Notes: generated by a model not told the origin, from the letters alone. A DNA stretch of 64,000 nt from the human T2T-CHM13v2.0 reference genome, Homo sapiens (GCA_009914755.4 CP086569.2:22816001-22880000), one strand, 5' to 3'. Counted from the first letter of the stretch, positions 1 through 20,228 are shown. Numbers and translations are program-made.

Positions 1-3000
1 CTGGCTAAATTGAAGATAACTTATCTTAACATTGTTTAACATGGAGGAGTGCCAGAGGATAACTCAGGCATCCCATCAAGGGCTAGAAGCCAATGCACCA
101 GCTGCAAAAAGTACATGGTTTTGCAGGCACGAATACAACCCAGCTTACAGAAATGGCCACCAAAATGTAGGTTAACCATCACCAGGAAGCAAAGAAAAAA
201 AAAAAAGCAAATCAGAGGTTTAAAAAAGGCCAATCTCTTAGCAGCAGCTCTCATTAAAAAAATGACTAGCAATATACAAGAATGTGGATGTGCACGTGCA
301 TGTGAAAGATGTCAATTTAGTCAAAAATTTAAAAGCCAGCCGAGGCTAGAGAGAAAACAATGTGTGTGATGGAAAAGAAAAATACTGAAAGAATAAATGT
401 CCAGAAGGTAATAAAAAGTATAATCAAGACTGTGGTATAAAAGAGTCCAGCTAAGGGCTGCCTCACTGTGGGAAAACCAAATACGAATCTAAACAGGCTG
501 GCCGGCACTAAAGGATATGGGTACTAGGACAGACCAGGCTTTTTCTTATTACAACTCCATTGGCCCATGGTCACATTAAAAGTTGAAGGCCAGCTGATGG
601 ACTTTATGTAAACACCAGGGCTACACATTCAGTACTGACTCAACCCATAGGGCCACTATCTGAAGCTATAAAACTATTATAAAAGCCACAGGAATCTCAG
701 AGAAAAAAGCTGTTCTGGTAAGGAGGTGTGTCATCAAAGGATGGGAAGTTCAACATAAATTCCTATACCTCCTGAATTGTCCAGTTCCCTTGTTAAGAAA
801 AAAAAAAATTACTCCAAAAACTGAAAGCACCAATTACATTTCAGCTGCAAAAAAAAAAAAAACAACAACTTTTTTTCTGACTCTCCAAAAAAGCATGGTG
901 CTAACCCTTATCATCCTGCAGGCTAAGGAATGGAAACTTTATACAAAGAAAGTGCAAGCAGCAAATTAGAATTGCAGGTGGGATAAAAAAAAATTATTTC
1001 ACTTAGTTAATAACATTTCTGGAGTATGGGTTAAAGGCAACCCACTTGGATTAGCTGTACATCATGCACAGGTGGTAGTCATGTTAAAACCAAAAGAAAC
1101 TCCGACTTGGGTTCATCAGTACCCAGTCCCCTGAGAAGCTATTCCAGGTATCTGTAAATATTTAAACTGGCCTTACCAACATGAAGTCTTAGTTCGATGT
1201 CAATTGCTCTAAAACACTCCACTTTTGGAACATGTGTATTTTAATAAATCTCATTCCAGCAAGTGCTACCTGATTTGCAGTCCTAAATTTAAAGAATGTA
1301 TTCTTTTATATCTGCTTAGCCCCAGTTAGTCACCCTATATTTGCATTTCAATAAAACAAATAAGTTGTTCAACTCACCTGGGCCAGGCTCCCGCAAGTTC
1401 AAAGACTCTCCTACAGTCTTTAGGGAAGCACTGACCTTGAAGCCTACAACCTGCCAAATGTTAACTGTGCCTTGTTGCAGTATGTGGATGACCTTCCTCT
1501 AGCAGCCCCAACCCAGGAGGACTGTTATCAAAAAACTCAAGACCTCCTCCATCTCCTATGAAAAACAGGCTAAAATTATCTTTTAAAAAAGGACCAATTA
1601 TTCTTAAAAATGTCAAATATGTAGGTTTCATAGTAAGCCATGTGGAATGCCAGCTTGGCCATAAGCAGAAACAGGCCGTTTGTACACTCCTGACACAAAC
1701 CACTAGGCATTACATTAAAAAATTCTTAAAAGAAGAAAAATTCCACCATATCTAAATCATAAATTTTTCACTGATGGCTAAGCCATTATATAATATTACA
1801 AAAGGGGTAAAAACGAAACCCTCCTCTGGCAAACTAAACAGCAAATATCATTTAAAAAAATCAAAAAAACCCTTAACTCAAGTCCCAGCCTTTGGTCTGC
1901 CAAATGTAACTTAGCCTTTCTTTCTGTACCTGCATAAATGAAAAGAAATGGCTATGTGGTTCTTAACTGAAATTATAAAATTATAGCATTGTCCAGTCAA
2001 ATACTAATCTAAACAATTAGACTCTGTGGCACTAGGATGGCCTCCTTGCCTTAAGGCATTAGCCACCACTGCCTTGCTAATGCAAGAGGATAACACACTT
2101 ACTTTGAGACAGCAGCTAACAGTCCATGTGCCACACTCAGTCAAAACTTTGATGAACAAATAAGCCATCATTAGTTGTCAAATCTGAGAATAACGCAGTA
2201 CCAAGGACTTCTATATGAAAACCCTTACATTACTTAAAATACAGCAAACAACTTAAGCCCAACCACCCTGCTCCCAGTCAAATTTGATGCTCCCCTCCAT
2301 AACTGTGTCTAAACAGTGGATCACGTATTTGCTGAACCAGGAGATCTTACAGATCAATCCCTCAAAAACCCAGATGTTGAATACTTCATAACTGAAAGAG
2401 TTTTGAGCTAGAAAAAAATCCAACAAGCCGAGTATGCAGTGGTAACATTAAACTCAATGATAGAAGCTCAATCTTTGCCTACTGGAACATGAGACCAAAA
2501 GGCAAAATTAATAGACCGAACAAGAGCCCTTTTGCTGCAAAAGAAAAAAAGGTCAATATTTAAACACATTCTAAATATGCTTTTACCACACTACATGTTC
2601 ATAGAACTATATATAAAAAGAAAATTTCTTAACAACTGGAGGCAAATAAATAAAGTGGACAGAAAAAATCCTACAGCTCTTAGCAGCTGTATATGCTCCA
2701 GAAAAAGTGGCAATAGTGCATTATCTGGAACACCAAAAGGCAGGGAAGTCAAAAGCCAAAAGAAACAGGAAAGCTAACACTTTCCCCACATAACCTTGAT
2801 ATAAAAAAGCACCCAAAAAATGATGCCCACCCTCTACTCATACTACATAGCCCCAAAACAACATAGCCAGGCCCACTGCTACTCAGTTAATAGCTCTAAC
2901 TAAATGTCAACCTGTGCCAAAAGAAGAAAACATGCTTTCCCATAAAGAATAAAATGATACTAATGCCTTCGATTAAATTTATCCTATAAAATGATTTTTT

Positions 3001-3540
3001 AAAAAAACAGAAAAATTTGGCAAGACAAGGGTTCAAATGAAAAGAAAACATGTTTTTCTCTGTGTAGCTATCTCACTCCAAGACAGTTATAAAATAACAC
3101 TGTCTAAAAAGTTGAGGCCAAGGGAATGGGTCACAAATACCCTACACTGAAGCAAAGTTCAAAAGGAAAGCAAATTACTTTACTGTCTCTCCTTCTCTGA
3201 AGCATTAATTATGACTATGTTTACCAATGCTTGTATTTCGTAAAATCTGTATGTTCCTGTTTCTCTTTCAACCTAGCTGCAAAACCCAGCTATGCAAGGC
3301 AAGAAGTTATGCAAGTCAACAATTATGCTGTAAATTACATAACTGTTCATTGTATAATTAGTTGCTTTAGGTCTGCTTCTGTAAGTTTGCTCATAAAAAC
3401 CCTGCTCAGTCTTTATTCAATACTCAGCCTTTTTGGATATAAGCTCACTGAGCTGGTGCACCTAAATAAATCCTCCTGTTTCCCCATATCAGCCTCACTC
3501 ATACTCTGTTTCCATCAACACCAGTCATATTTCCAAAGTT
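1..3540 (+). mobile_element. Class I (gammaretrovirus-like) ERV fragment: gag(CA/NC)-pro-pol(RT/RNaseH/IN) from 1 to about 2790, then an internal deletion jumping to the env 3' end (about 2790-2900), then a 3' LTR (about 2950-3540). Left-truncated by the window.
   Basis: Base-by-base similarity of roughly 70-75 percent to the provirus at 34100-37100. Examples are 540-790 vs 34750-34970 (protease region), 1380-1700 vs 35640-36000 (RT) and 2030-2780 vs 36320-37100 (RNaseH/IN). RT active-site codons LLQYVDDL at 1473-1496 are intact. 2870-2950 matches the env-end/PPT region 40340-40420. 3440-3500 carries the same R-region motif (aataaatcctcctgtt) as 40970-41000. Confidence 0.8.
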
Positions 3541-3696
3541 TTTATCTTTTTTTGAGACAGAGTCTTGCTCTGTCACCCAGGCTGGGGTGCAGTCTCACCT
3601 TACCGCAGCCAGTGCCTCCTGGGATGAAGGAATTCTCCTGCCTCAGCCTCCTGAATAGCTGGGACTCCACACACACCACCATGCTTGACTAATTTT
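3541..3696 (-). mobile_element. Alu fragment (right monomer only, minus orientation), truncated by the adjacent L1 insertion
   Basis: Poly-T followed by gagacagagtcttgctctgtcacccaggctgg...gcctcagcctcctgaatagctgggact, which is the reverse complement of the Alu 3' half. Confidence 0.85.
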
Positions 3697-6911
<3,215 letters not shown>

Positions 6912-7510
6912 CCCAGTGTGGTTTCTTTTTCTGTGTCAGGTGTTCTCAGTGTTCAGCTCTGACTCATGAGTGAGGAAATGTAGTGTTTGGTTTTCTGTTC
7001 CTGTGTTACTTTGCTGAGGATGATGGTTCCATCTTTATCCATGTCCTTGCAAGAGACATGATCTAATTGCTTTTTGAAGCTGCAAAGTATTTCATTGTGT
7101 ATATGTACTACATTTTATGTATCTAGTTGATAATGTTCTCTGAGTAAAGTCGGCATTTGAGTTGATTCTATGTGTTTGCTGCTGTTAATTGTACTGCAAT
7201 AAACATACACGTGCAGGTATCTTTCAAATATGAAACATTTGTATTTTGGGGGTAGATAGCCAGTAATGACATTGCTCGGTCAATGTTGTTTCTAGATCCT
7301 TGAACAAATTACCACGCTGTCTTCCACAGTGTGGACACTAATTTACTTTCCCACCAACAGTTTAGAAGTCTTCCTGTCTCTCCACAGACTTTCCAGCATC
7401 TGTTATTTCTTGACGTTTTAATAGTCACCATTCTGACAGGCCTGAGGTGGTATCTCATTGTGATTCTGATTTGTATTTCTCTACTGATTAATGATGTTGC
7501 CCTTTCTGAG
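6912..7510 (-). mobile_element. Older LINE-1 3'-end fragment (ORF2 C-terminus/3'UTR), probably the target of the younger L1 insertion
   Basis: Diverged L1 3'-end sequence such as ccatctttatccatgtccttgcaagagacatgatc, aataaacatacacgtgcaggtatc and cagtgtggacactaatttactttcccaccaacag, roughly 75-80 percent similar to L1PA consensus. Confidence 0.7.
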
Positions 7511-8159
7511 TTAAAAAAAAACCTTTTAAGAGAAAATAGGTCAAGAAAAAAATCAAGATGATTACTCAAAGACACCACATACAGGGTTTAATTAGATAGA
7601 TTTGATAACAAACATTTATAAGGCCATGAGCAATAGTGTTAGTGCCAAAGCTAAGAACTCTTTAGAATAAGATTAGCTCCTGTTTTACAGTACATGTGTC
7701 ATATCCCTCTGAAGTTTGAAGGACCAATAACTCTTTTCTTACTCTAACCTGGTCTTCCAGTATTAGCTCTTCAATAGCCATTTCACCTGAGTTTTTAACA
7801 CTATTCTGAAAGAAAAATATTATTTGCCCAATTTATAAGATGGAGATACAAAGGGGCTGGAAAGTAGAACAGGAAACAGTTGGTGAAAAATCAGCACTTC
7901 TGTAAAATTTCCACCAACCTTTCTTTTCAAGTGGTTTCTTATTTCTTCTTCAGAACACTCCAGAATAGGAAATTTTAAAGTATTTTCATTGACAAGACAC
8001 AAAGATATTTGCTCTCATTTTAGGCTGTTTCAATTTTTATGTCTTCAGATTTACTGAAGCTCAATCTGTTGTTAAAGTTATTTAATAGTTTTTTTTTAAT
8101 CCAAGTAATTGTGCTTCTTATCTCTAGATTTTTCAGGTTTTCTTTTTTAATTTGTCTTC

Positions 8160-9080
8160 TGGAAGGACTTTTTTAAGGAGTCAGAGGGACCGATGGGGTT
8201 GAGGAGGATACTTATTATGTAGATGCACCGGCCCACTCAGATTAACCTCTGAAGGACTGAGCCCTGAACAAAGAGTTAAGTTACCTTTTAAGCATTCTGC
8301 CTTTTCCCATCAGGCAATACAAGACTTTCCAATTATGGAGATTTGCAACAAGCAAACACTGGCTGAGACTGCTGGCTTTATTGGTAGGGTTTGGCGAAGT
8401 GAAGTTATCTTGTGGCATTAATTCCTTTGCCCCCCCATGGCCACTGGTCCCCCGTATTAGTTCCTACACTTACATAGCATGAGGAAATTCCTCAGCCGCC
8501 AGCTATGTTTTCAGCTAGTTGAACAAACACATTTTTGGTTGATGGGGAAAGCTCAGGCATTGACTGATCAAAATGCTTACTTCTAGCCTTTTTGACAGTT
8601 AGTAGCAGAATTCCAGAGCCAGCTCCTTGTCTATCAACTTGTAATAGTGCTGTGCATCCTTTAGACCAAAAAGGTAGCTCTGGCTTTAAGGAGCTGTGTT
8701 AGTATAGATCACTGAATGTTACAGTCTGGGTATCCGATTTGTGGTCTCCATCTAGATATTTGAGACTGCTGCTGTTAAACCTTTCTTGTGTCAAACCACC
8801 GCGGACTGCTTCTGTTTCTGTTTTGTTTTGTTTTGTTTTAAGATTATGATCATCCCCAGCCTGGCAGGCATCAAAGTACAAGAGAATAGGCCCTTTATAG
8901 GAGGGAGGGGCTTCTTCATGTTGACCTATAAACTCTCCTTCTTTTTCTCCCTCTGATTTAATATGTACCTCAAACCAGAATTCACAGGGTAAGCACTTAG
9001 GGTCATAACATACATATAGCTGATTATTTCCTGGGTCACAGGCTGAATAAGGGGTGATTGGTTTTCTTACATACAACTGA
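8160..9080 (-). mobile_element. Class I ERV env (SU) fragment, minus strand, same broad lineage as the 32203-41045 provirus
   Basis: The minus ORF 8699-9076 encodes PYSACDPGNNQLYVCYDPK, matching NYSVCDPGNG.TYMCYNPK at the provirus env N-terminus (about 38560-38640). The reverse complement of 8400-8450 (ccagtggccatgggggggcaaaggaattaatgccacaagataacttcac) matches provirus env 39290-39340. Confidence 0.65.
8813..8840. repeat. (GTTTT)n microsatellite
   Basis: Direct reading of the sequence. Confidence 0.9.
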
Positions 9081-11214
9081 GTTTCTGCTTACACATTCTT
9101 TAATTTCTTTTAATTCCTGTTCCAATCTCACTGATATTCCCATGTTGATCTTTTATCTTTCATCTGTCATTTTTTATTTGTTCATACTTAAAACTGCAGG
9201 TTTAAAGTTTTTGTCTAAAAAGTTTAGGACAGTTTCAGTTTGTGTTTTTACTTCACATTAGCCATAAATTTGTGGGATTTTTTGTGCTTTTATTTTTTAG
9301 AATGCTATATTTAAAATATTATAACATGTTAACTCTGATAGTCAGGTATTCTTTATTTATTCAAGATGTGCCCTTTGTTGTTTAAGGCTTAGCTGGAATT
9401 CCAACAGCGTTTTGACAGAGTGTAATATAAAAATATCAATTTTTAAAATTGGGTCTGTATTAACACTCCCCTTTATCATGTAGGGAGATAGCTTAAAATT
9501 CTGCGTTAGCCTTCACTTTCTTCTCACATTAAAATTATAGCTAATTTTCTGAATTAATGCTTAGAGTTTTGCGCATTTTTGAAAATATCTTCTGTTATGT
9601 TTATGTAACTAAGTTTTTAAATACCTCAGGTTATTTTAATACTTTTGAAAGTCAAGATTTTTTTTGAAATAAAGATCTATTCATCTTTTACTTTATTTTA
9701 CACGTTGTCTATTTTATACATCAACGGTATCCTTTGCTCCCAGGACTTAAATGTTAGTTACCTGTGCTTAACATTTTTAACTATAAATCAGTTCTGCATC
9801 AGACAAAACAGAGATAAGTGTGCCTCATCAATAATTTATGTAACCCCTAAAGGGTAGAACAAACTCAATAAATTAGCACAGACATTATTCTTCACACCTT
9901 CCTAGATCAGAAATCCCAGCCTCACTTTGCGAATGTGGAATTTAACTTTTGAAACGTCATCTGTGCCTGGATGGTTGAATGCAAAGACCGCAAAAAATTT
10001 CCCAGCGGTTTCAACTTGTCTTTCTTGATTAACTCTTTGATTGGTTGATATAAATAATTATTGGTTTCCAAGGTCTAGACAATTTTTTTAATTACTTGTT
10101 ATTTATGAAGCGATAATTGTATTTTCACATGAGTTTATTTATATTTAGAAGATTTATAATTTTACCTGTTACTAACGTTGAGTAAAATAAGTCAATCTAC
10201 TAATTTGGATTCCTGAATATTAGGTGGTAATAGTATAAAGTCGGCTTTGTTTTGCTTTTGCTTTGTTCTTAAGTGAGGTTATCAATTCCATATAAAATAC
10301 ATTAGGCAGGATTCTATATTACCAAGTACGTTTTGGTTGTATATAAAAAACTTATAAAATAATTTGCTTACATGGAGACTGTCAATACCTAAATGAAAGA
10401 ACAAGAGAATAAGCCTGTAATTATGCAGTAGGATCAAAAAGTGTAAAGACTCCTGGCATAAGCCTGCTTATCGTGTTAGGAAAAATGGCAAGATCACCGT
10501 GGCTGAAGCATAGTGTGGAAGGGGAACAATTATTGATGAGCTCATGGAGCTGACACACATTCCTTGTGATTTTCTAGGGTTTTCTATAGATCAATAGATT
10601 TTACTCTAAGCCTGATTCATGACTGGGAGTGGAATTCTTAAGGTTGCTTTTAGCATCTAGTGGTTAGATGCTACAAATGAAGATAAATATTCTAAAATCT
10701 AAGTATTTTAATATCTAGAGTCTCAGGTGCCTATAAAAAATTGATAGCGTTGGACTATATCTTCTGAAAATTGTAAAGAAAGGCGTACATGTAGAACTTT
10801 CTGATATTATATTTTCAAGGTTTCTTAACCCAATCTGTGTTTTTTATAAATCAGAGATGTTAAGAAGCTTTTGAAAAATTTGGTTGTTCAAGTTGAGATA
10901 AATGGGGTGAAGTCAATTATGTTGATTTATGATTAGAAGCTAAACCATAGAGTTTATATTTCTCCCCTTTTCTTTCTCATTACATTTTTATAATTTCTGT
11001 GCAACGCTAATATAGCAAATGAAACTGTAGACAGTCTAAGTTTCTGGGGTCCCAAGAAAGAAAATTCAGTCACTGATGATTGGTGAAGAGCTAAATTTCA
11101 CTACAGCTGGAAGGCATACACAATACACATCAACATATGTATATTGGCACACCACATTATGCATACACATTATGCCTAACGTTTTTATAAGACAGATACT
11201 GAATGTGTCTTTTT

Positions 11215-11235
11215 GTGTGTGTGTGTGTGTGTGTG
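11215..11235. repeat. (GT)n microsatellite
   Basis: Direct reading of the sequence. Confidence 0.9.
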
Positions 11236-11240
11236 AACAT

Positions 11241-12036
11241 TTTTCTTTTTTTATTATTATACTTTAAGTTTTAGGGTACATGTGCACATTGTGCAGGTTA
11301 GTTACATACGTATACATGTGCCATGCTGGTGCGCTGCACCCACTAACTCGTCATCTAGCGTTAGGTATATCTCCCAATGCTATCCCTCCCCACTCGCCCC
11401 ACCCCTCAACAGCCCCCAGAGTGTGATATTCCCCTTCGTGTGTCCATGTGATCTCATTGTTCAATTCCCACCTATGAGTGAGAATATGCAGTGTTTGGTT
11501 TTTTGTTCTTGTGATAGTTTACTGAGAATGATGATTTCCAATTTCATCCATGTCCCTACAAAGGACATGAACTCATCATTTTTTATGGCTGCATAGTATT
11601 CCATGGTGTATATGTGCCATATGCAGCCAAAAAACACATGAAAAAATGCTCATCATCACTGGCCATCAGAGAAATGCAAATCTAAACCACAATGAGATAC
11701 CATCTCACACCAGTTAGAATGGCAATCATTAAAAAGTCAGGAAACAACAGGTGCTGGAAAGGATGTGGAGAAATAGGAACACTTTTACACTGTTGGTGGG
11801 ACTGTAAACTAGTTCAACCATTGTGGAAGTCAGTGTGGCGATTCCTCAGGGATCTAGAACTGGAAATACCATTTGACCCAGCCATCCCATTACTGGGTAT
11901 ATACCCAAAGGACTATAAATCATGCTGCTATAAAGACACATGTACACGTATGTTTATTGCGGCATTATTCACAATAGCAAAGACTTGGAACCAACCCAAA
12001 TGTCCAACAATGATAGACTGGATTAAGAAAATGAAT
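11241..12036 (-). mobile_element. LINE-1 3'-end insertion with a 5' inversion of the twin-priming type. 11241-11630 is the minus-oriented terminal segment (ORF2 end/3'UTR/poly(A)). 11631-12036 is the plus-oriented upstream ORF2 segment.
   Basis: Plus ORF 11692-12072 translates to an ORF2 C-terminus ending DWIKKM. The reverse complement of 11241-11630 starts MWHIYTMEYYAAIKNDEF and runs into the 3'UTR and poly(A). The two segments are contiguous in L1 coordinates but opposite in orientation. Confidence 0.85.
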
Positions 12037-12464
12037 GTGTCTTATGATACAAAAGTTGCTAGAATCTTGTAATAAAGAAGCCAAGCAAATACCAGGTTTT
12101 CAAGAATTATAGTTGGGGCTAGATAATTCTTCTTTTGCAGAAGCTGTTAAACAGAAATAACCGTCAAGTACTCTCTACTGTTTAAGAAAGATATTTGATA
12201 GATGATTTTAAAGTAGACATCCAGGATTCAATATATTTATGCTCTTTCTTGTTTTAAAAGAATCCAAACAAATAAGCACCTGACGTACAGGTTCTCTTCT
12301 TAATGCTAGAGAGTAATCCACAAAGCAAAACCCCTACAGAGACAGACTTTGCTTTCTCCCTGAGATTAAAAGATTGCTGCTCAATACAAAAAAAAAAAAA
12401 GTTATTTAATATATGAAGGAAAAGCTATGCTAGTTAGGCACATTCTTGGGACCAGGCAGACAAT

Positions 12465-12715
12465 GTGAAATCTAGACATTAGCAGACTTTAAGTGGTGTA
12501 TGTGGGCTGGCATTATTGATAGAATTCAAGTTATTCCGGGCTAAATTGTATGTAGAGAAATATATTTGTTGGAGTTTTTACTTGGCTCAGTAATTTTTCA
12601 ATGAGTCAGAGATCCAGATATTGGTACATTTTAACTGGTGTAAGTGCATTGGCATTATTTATGGAAATCAAGTTATTCAAATGAAACTTGTAGCTAGGGA
12701 GGTGTATTTCTTAAT
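12465..12715. repeat. Local tandem duplication, two diverged copies of a roughly 110-bp unit
   Basis: tagacattagcagactttaagtggtgtatgtgggctggcattattgatagaattcaagttattccgggctaaattgtatgtagag at 12470-12560 resembles tacattttaactggtgtaagtgcattggcattatttatggaaatcaagttattcaaatgaaacttgtagctaggg at 12618-12700. Confidence 0.6.
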
Positions 12716-15700
12716 GTGTGTCATTTTCCTCTTCCTGTGTCCCTGTGTTCTCATCGTTCAGTTCCCACCTATGAGTGAGAATATGTGGTGTTTGGGTATT
12801 TCTCCTTGTGATAGTTTGCTGAGAATGATGGTTTCCAGCTTCATGCATGTCCCTACAAAGGACATGAATTCAACATTTTTTTATGGCTGCATAGTATTCC
12901 ATGTTGTATATGTGCTACATTTTCTTGATCTAGTCTATCACTGTTGGACACTTGGGTTGGTTCCAAGTCTTTGCTATTGTGAACAGTGCCACAATAAACA
13001 TACGTGTGCATGTGTCTTTATAGCAGCATGTTTTGTAATCTTTTGTGTATATACCCAGTAATAGGGATGGCTGGGTCAAATGGTATTTCTAGTTCTAGAT
13101 CCCTGAGGACTTGCCACACTGACATTCACAATGGTTGAACTAGTTCACAGTCCCACCAACAGTGTAAAAGTGTTCCTATTTCTCCACATCCTCTCCAGCA
13201 TCTGTTGTTTCCTGATTTTTAATGATTGCCATTCTAACTAGTGTGAGATGGTATCTCATTGAGGTTTTGATTTACATTTCTCTGATGGCTAGTGATGATG
13301 AGCATTTTTTCATGTGTCTTTTGGCTGCATAAATGTCTTCTTTTAAGAAGTGTCTCTTCATATCCTTAGTCCACTTTTTGATGGGTTTTTTTTTTTTTTT
13401 TCCTTGTAAATTTGTTGGAGTTCATTGTGGCTTCTGGATATTAGCCCTTTGTCAGATAAGTAGATTGCAAAAATTTTCTCCCATTCTGTAGGTTGCCTGC
13501 TCACTCTGATGGTAGTTTCTTTTGCTGTGCAGAAGCTCTTTAGTTTCTTTAGATCCCATTTGTCCATTTTGGCTTTTGTTTTGTTTTGTGTGAATTTGAT
13601 CCTTTCATTATGATATTAGCTGATTATTTTTCTTGTTAGTTGATGCAGTTTCTTTCTAGCCTCAATGGTCTTTACAATTTGGTATGTTTTTGCAGTGGCT
13701 GGTACTGGTTGTTCCTTTCCATGTTTAGTGCTTCCTTCAAGAGCTGTTTTGGGGCAGGCCTGGTGGTGACAAAATCTCTCAGCATTTGCTTCTTTGTAAA
13801 GGATTTTATTTCTCCTTCACTTATGAAGCTTCGTTTGGCTGGATATGAAATTCTGGGTTGAAAATTCATTTCTTTAAGAATGTTGAATATTGGCCCCCAC
13901 TCTCTTCTGGCTTGTAGAGTTTATGCTGAGAGATCAGCTGTTAGTGTGTTGGGCTTCCCTTTGTGGGTAACCCAACCTTTCTCTCTGACTGTCCTTAACA
14001 TTTTTTCCTTGTTTTCAACTTTGGTGAATCTGCCAATTATGTGTCTTGGAGTTGCTCTTCTTGAGGAGTATCTTTGTGGTGTTCTCTGTATTTCCTGAAT
14101 TTGAATATTGGCCTGCCTTGCTAGATTGGGGAAGTTCTCCTGGATAATATCCTGCAGAGTGTTTTCCAACTTGGTTCCATTCTCCCCGTCACTTTCAGGT
14201 ACACAAATCAGATGTAGATTTGGTCTTTTCACATATTCCCATATTTCTTGGAGGCTTTCTTTGTTTCTTTTTATTCCTTTTTCTCTAAACTTCTCTTCTC
14301 CACTTCATTCATTTCATCTTCCATCACTGAGACCCTTTCTTCCAGTTGATCCAGTAGCAGATTCAGTGCAGATCCAGTAGTAGCTGTATCTCATACAGCA
14401 GTGGTCATCCAGCAAATTCCAACTGATCTGCTACTGAGGCTTGTGCATTCATCACATAGTTCTCTTGCCTTGGTTTTCAGTTCCATCAGGTCCTTGAAGG
14501 ACTTCTCTGCATTGGTTATTCTAGTTAGCCATTCGTCTAATTTTTTTGTTAAGGATTTTAACTTCTTTGCCATGGGTTTGAACTTTCTCATTTAGCTTGG
14601 AGTAGTTTGATTGTCTGAAGACTTCTTGTCTCAATTGGCCAAAGTCATTCTCCATTCAGCTTTGTTCCATTGCTGGTGAGGAGCTGCATTCCTTTGGAGG
14701 AGGAGAGGTGCTCTGATTTTTAGAGTTTCCAGTTTTTCTGCTCTGTTTTTTCCCCCATCTTTGTGGTTTTGTCTACCTTTGGTCTTTGATGATGGTGACA
14801 TACAGATGGGGTTTTGGTGTGGATGTCCTTTCTGTTTGTTAGTTTCCCTTCTAACAGTCAGGACCCTCAGCTGCAGGTCAGTTGGAATTTGCTGGATGAC
14901 CACTCCAGACCCTGTTGGCCTGAATATCAGCAGCAGAGGCTGCAGAACAGCGGATATTGGTGAACAGCAAATATTGCTGCCTGATCGTTCCTCTGGAAGT
15001 TTTGTTTCAGAGGAGTACCCTGCTGTATGAGGTGTCAGTCAGCCCCCAGTGGGGGATGTCGCCCAGTTAGGCTACTCGGGGGTCAGGGACCCACTTGAAG
15101 ATGCAGTCTTTCCATTCTCAGATCTCCAGCTGCATGCTGGGAGAACCACTACTCTCTTCAAGCTGTCAGATAGGGACATTTAAGTCAGCAGAGATTTCTG
15201 CTGCCTTTTGTTTGGTTATGCCTTGCCCACAGAGATGGAGTCTACACAGGCAAGCAGGCCTCCTTGAGTTGCGGTGGGCTCCACCCAGTTCGAGGTTCCC
15301 AGCCTCTTTATTTACCTACTCAAGCCTCAGCAATCATGGGTGTCCCTTCCCCAGCCTCGCTGCCCCCTTGGAGTTTAATCTCAGACTGCTGTGCTAGCAA
15401 TGAGTGAGGCTCCTTGGGCATAAGACCCTCTGAGCCAGGCACAGGATGTAATCTTCTGGTATGCCATTTGCTAAGACCATTGGAAAAGTGCAGTATTAGG
15501 GTGGGAGTGACCTGATTTTCCAGGTGCCGTCTGTCACCCCTTTCTTTGACTAGGGAGGGAATTCCCTGACCCTTTGCACTTCCCAGGTGAGGTGATGCCA
15601 CACCCTGCTTTGGGTCATGCTCACTATGCTGCATCCACTGTCCTGCACCCACTTTCCAACACTCCGCAGGGAGATGAACCCGGTACCTCAGTTGGAAATG

Positions 15701-15781
15701 CAGAAATCAGCCATCTTCTGCATCGCTCTTGCTGGGAGCTGTAGACTGGAACTGTTCCTATTTGGCCATCTTGGCTCCACC
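12715..15781 (-). mobile_element. LINE-1 (L1PA-like), internally deleted. It has 3'UTR (lacking the terminal roughly 120 bp and poly(A)) plus the ORF2 C-terminus (12715 to about 13560). This is joined to the inter-ORF region, ORF1 (about 13560-14600) and the 5'UTR (about 14600-15781).
   Basis: Minus ORFs 13921-14232 and 14391-14591 translate to ORF1 (NGTKLENTLQDIIQENFPNLARQANIQIQEIQRTPQRY...; ELMELKTKARELCDEC). 15650-15781 is the reverse complement of the canonical 5'UTR start. ORF2 jumps from DKWDLIKL directly to the inter-ORF region. Confidence 0.9.
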
Positions 15782-15917
15782 TAATTTTTATATTTTTAGT
15801 AGAGACGGGTTTTCACCATGTTGGCCAGGATGGTCTCAAGCTCCTGACCAAGTAATCTGCAAGCCTCAGCCTTCTAAAGTGCTAGGATTACAGGCATGAT
15901 CCACCACACATGGCCAG
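15782..15917 (-). mobile_element. Alu fragment (left monomer, minus orientation) abutting the L1 5' end
   Basis: Reverse complement of the Alu 5' half (tagtagagacgggttttcaccatgttggccaggatggtctc...gattacaggcatgatccaccacacatggccagg). Confidence 0.85.
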
Positions 15918-16771
15918 GTTATTTTTTTTTTTGTACTTGTGATAAGCGAAAAGGAAGGATAAGACACACACATATGCTAAGTAGGGCACTCTGTTCACTC
16001 AATTTTTTGCTAATGCCTCCTCATCTGGCTCATGCTGATTATATGCAGAAATTGTTTTGGAAATGTTTTATCATTATTGAAAAAGTAAACTCCTAGGAGT
16101 AGCATTCAGAGTCCAACATTATTCTTCCTTAACAACTGTAGTACCCACTTCACAGTATAACATAGTTACAGTGAGTAACTGAGTAAGCAGGTATTAATTG
16201 CTGAGAACAGTGCCTCATGATGGTGGTGAGGTGGAGTAATCTTTACAAAAAAAAGAGAAAAGAAATTTTTCAGAGCATTTTCTTGAGTAACAGAAGGATT
16301 TTTGCCACCTGATGCTCTTGGGTTTTCCATTATTAGAACTTCATATTCATGAATTTTATTTTTCCAATCTAGCCTTTACCACAGACAGAGGGAACTTCAA
16401 GACAAAAGTGAATTTTCAGTTGTCAACAAGCTAAATTTTAAGGACAATGACTAATTTGACTCACCTTTTAAAGGTAAGTTTCAACATAAGTATCAGTTTT
16501 TATAAGTTGAAGTTGTAGAAAAATTAGTTTTGGTGAAACATATCTATTGGTATTAAAAAAAAGCAGCTACAAATTGGAACATTTTTATTCTGTGATAAAA
16601 CTACAAGTACAGCTGCATCACCTCATTTTCCTATCATGAAACTTTTTATGGTTGTGTCTGTTTACTTTTAAAAATCTCAGCATGACAAATTTCAGAGTTT
16701 GAGCTAAGCTCATAAATACATCATTAACTTATCAGATTTAAAATGAGTGATTTTAGAGAATGTATTTCTTC

Positions 16772-20228
<3,457 letters not shown>

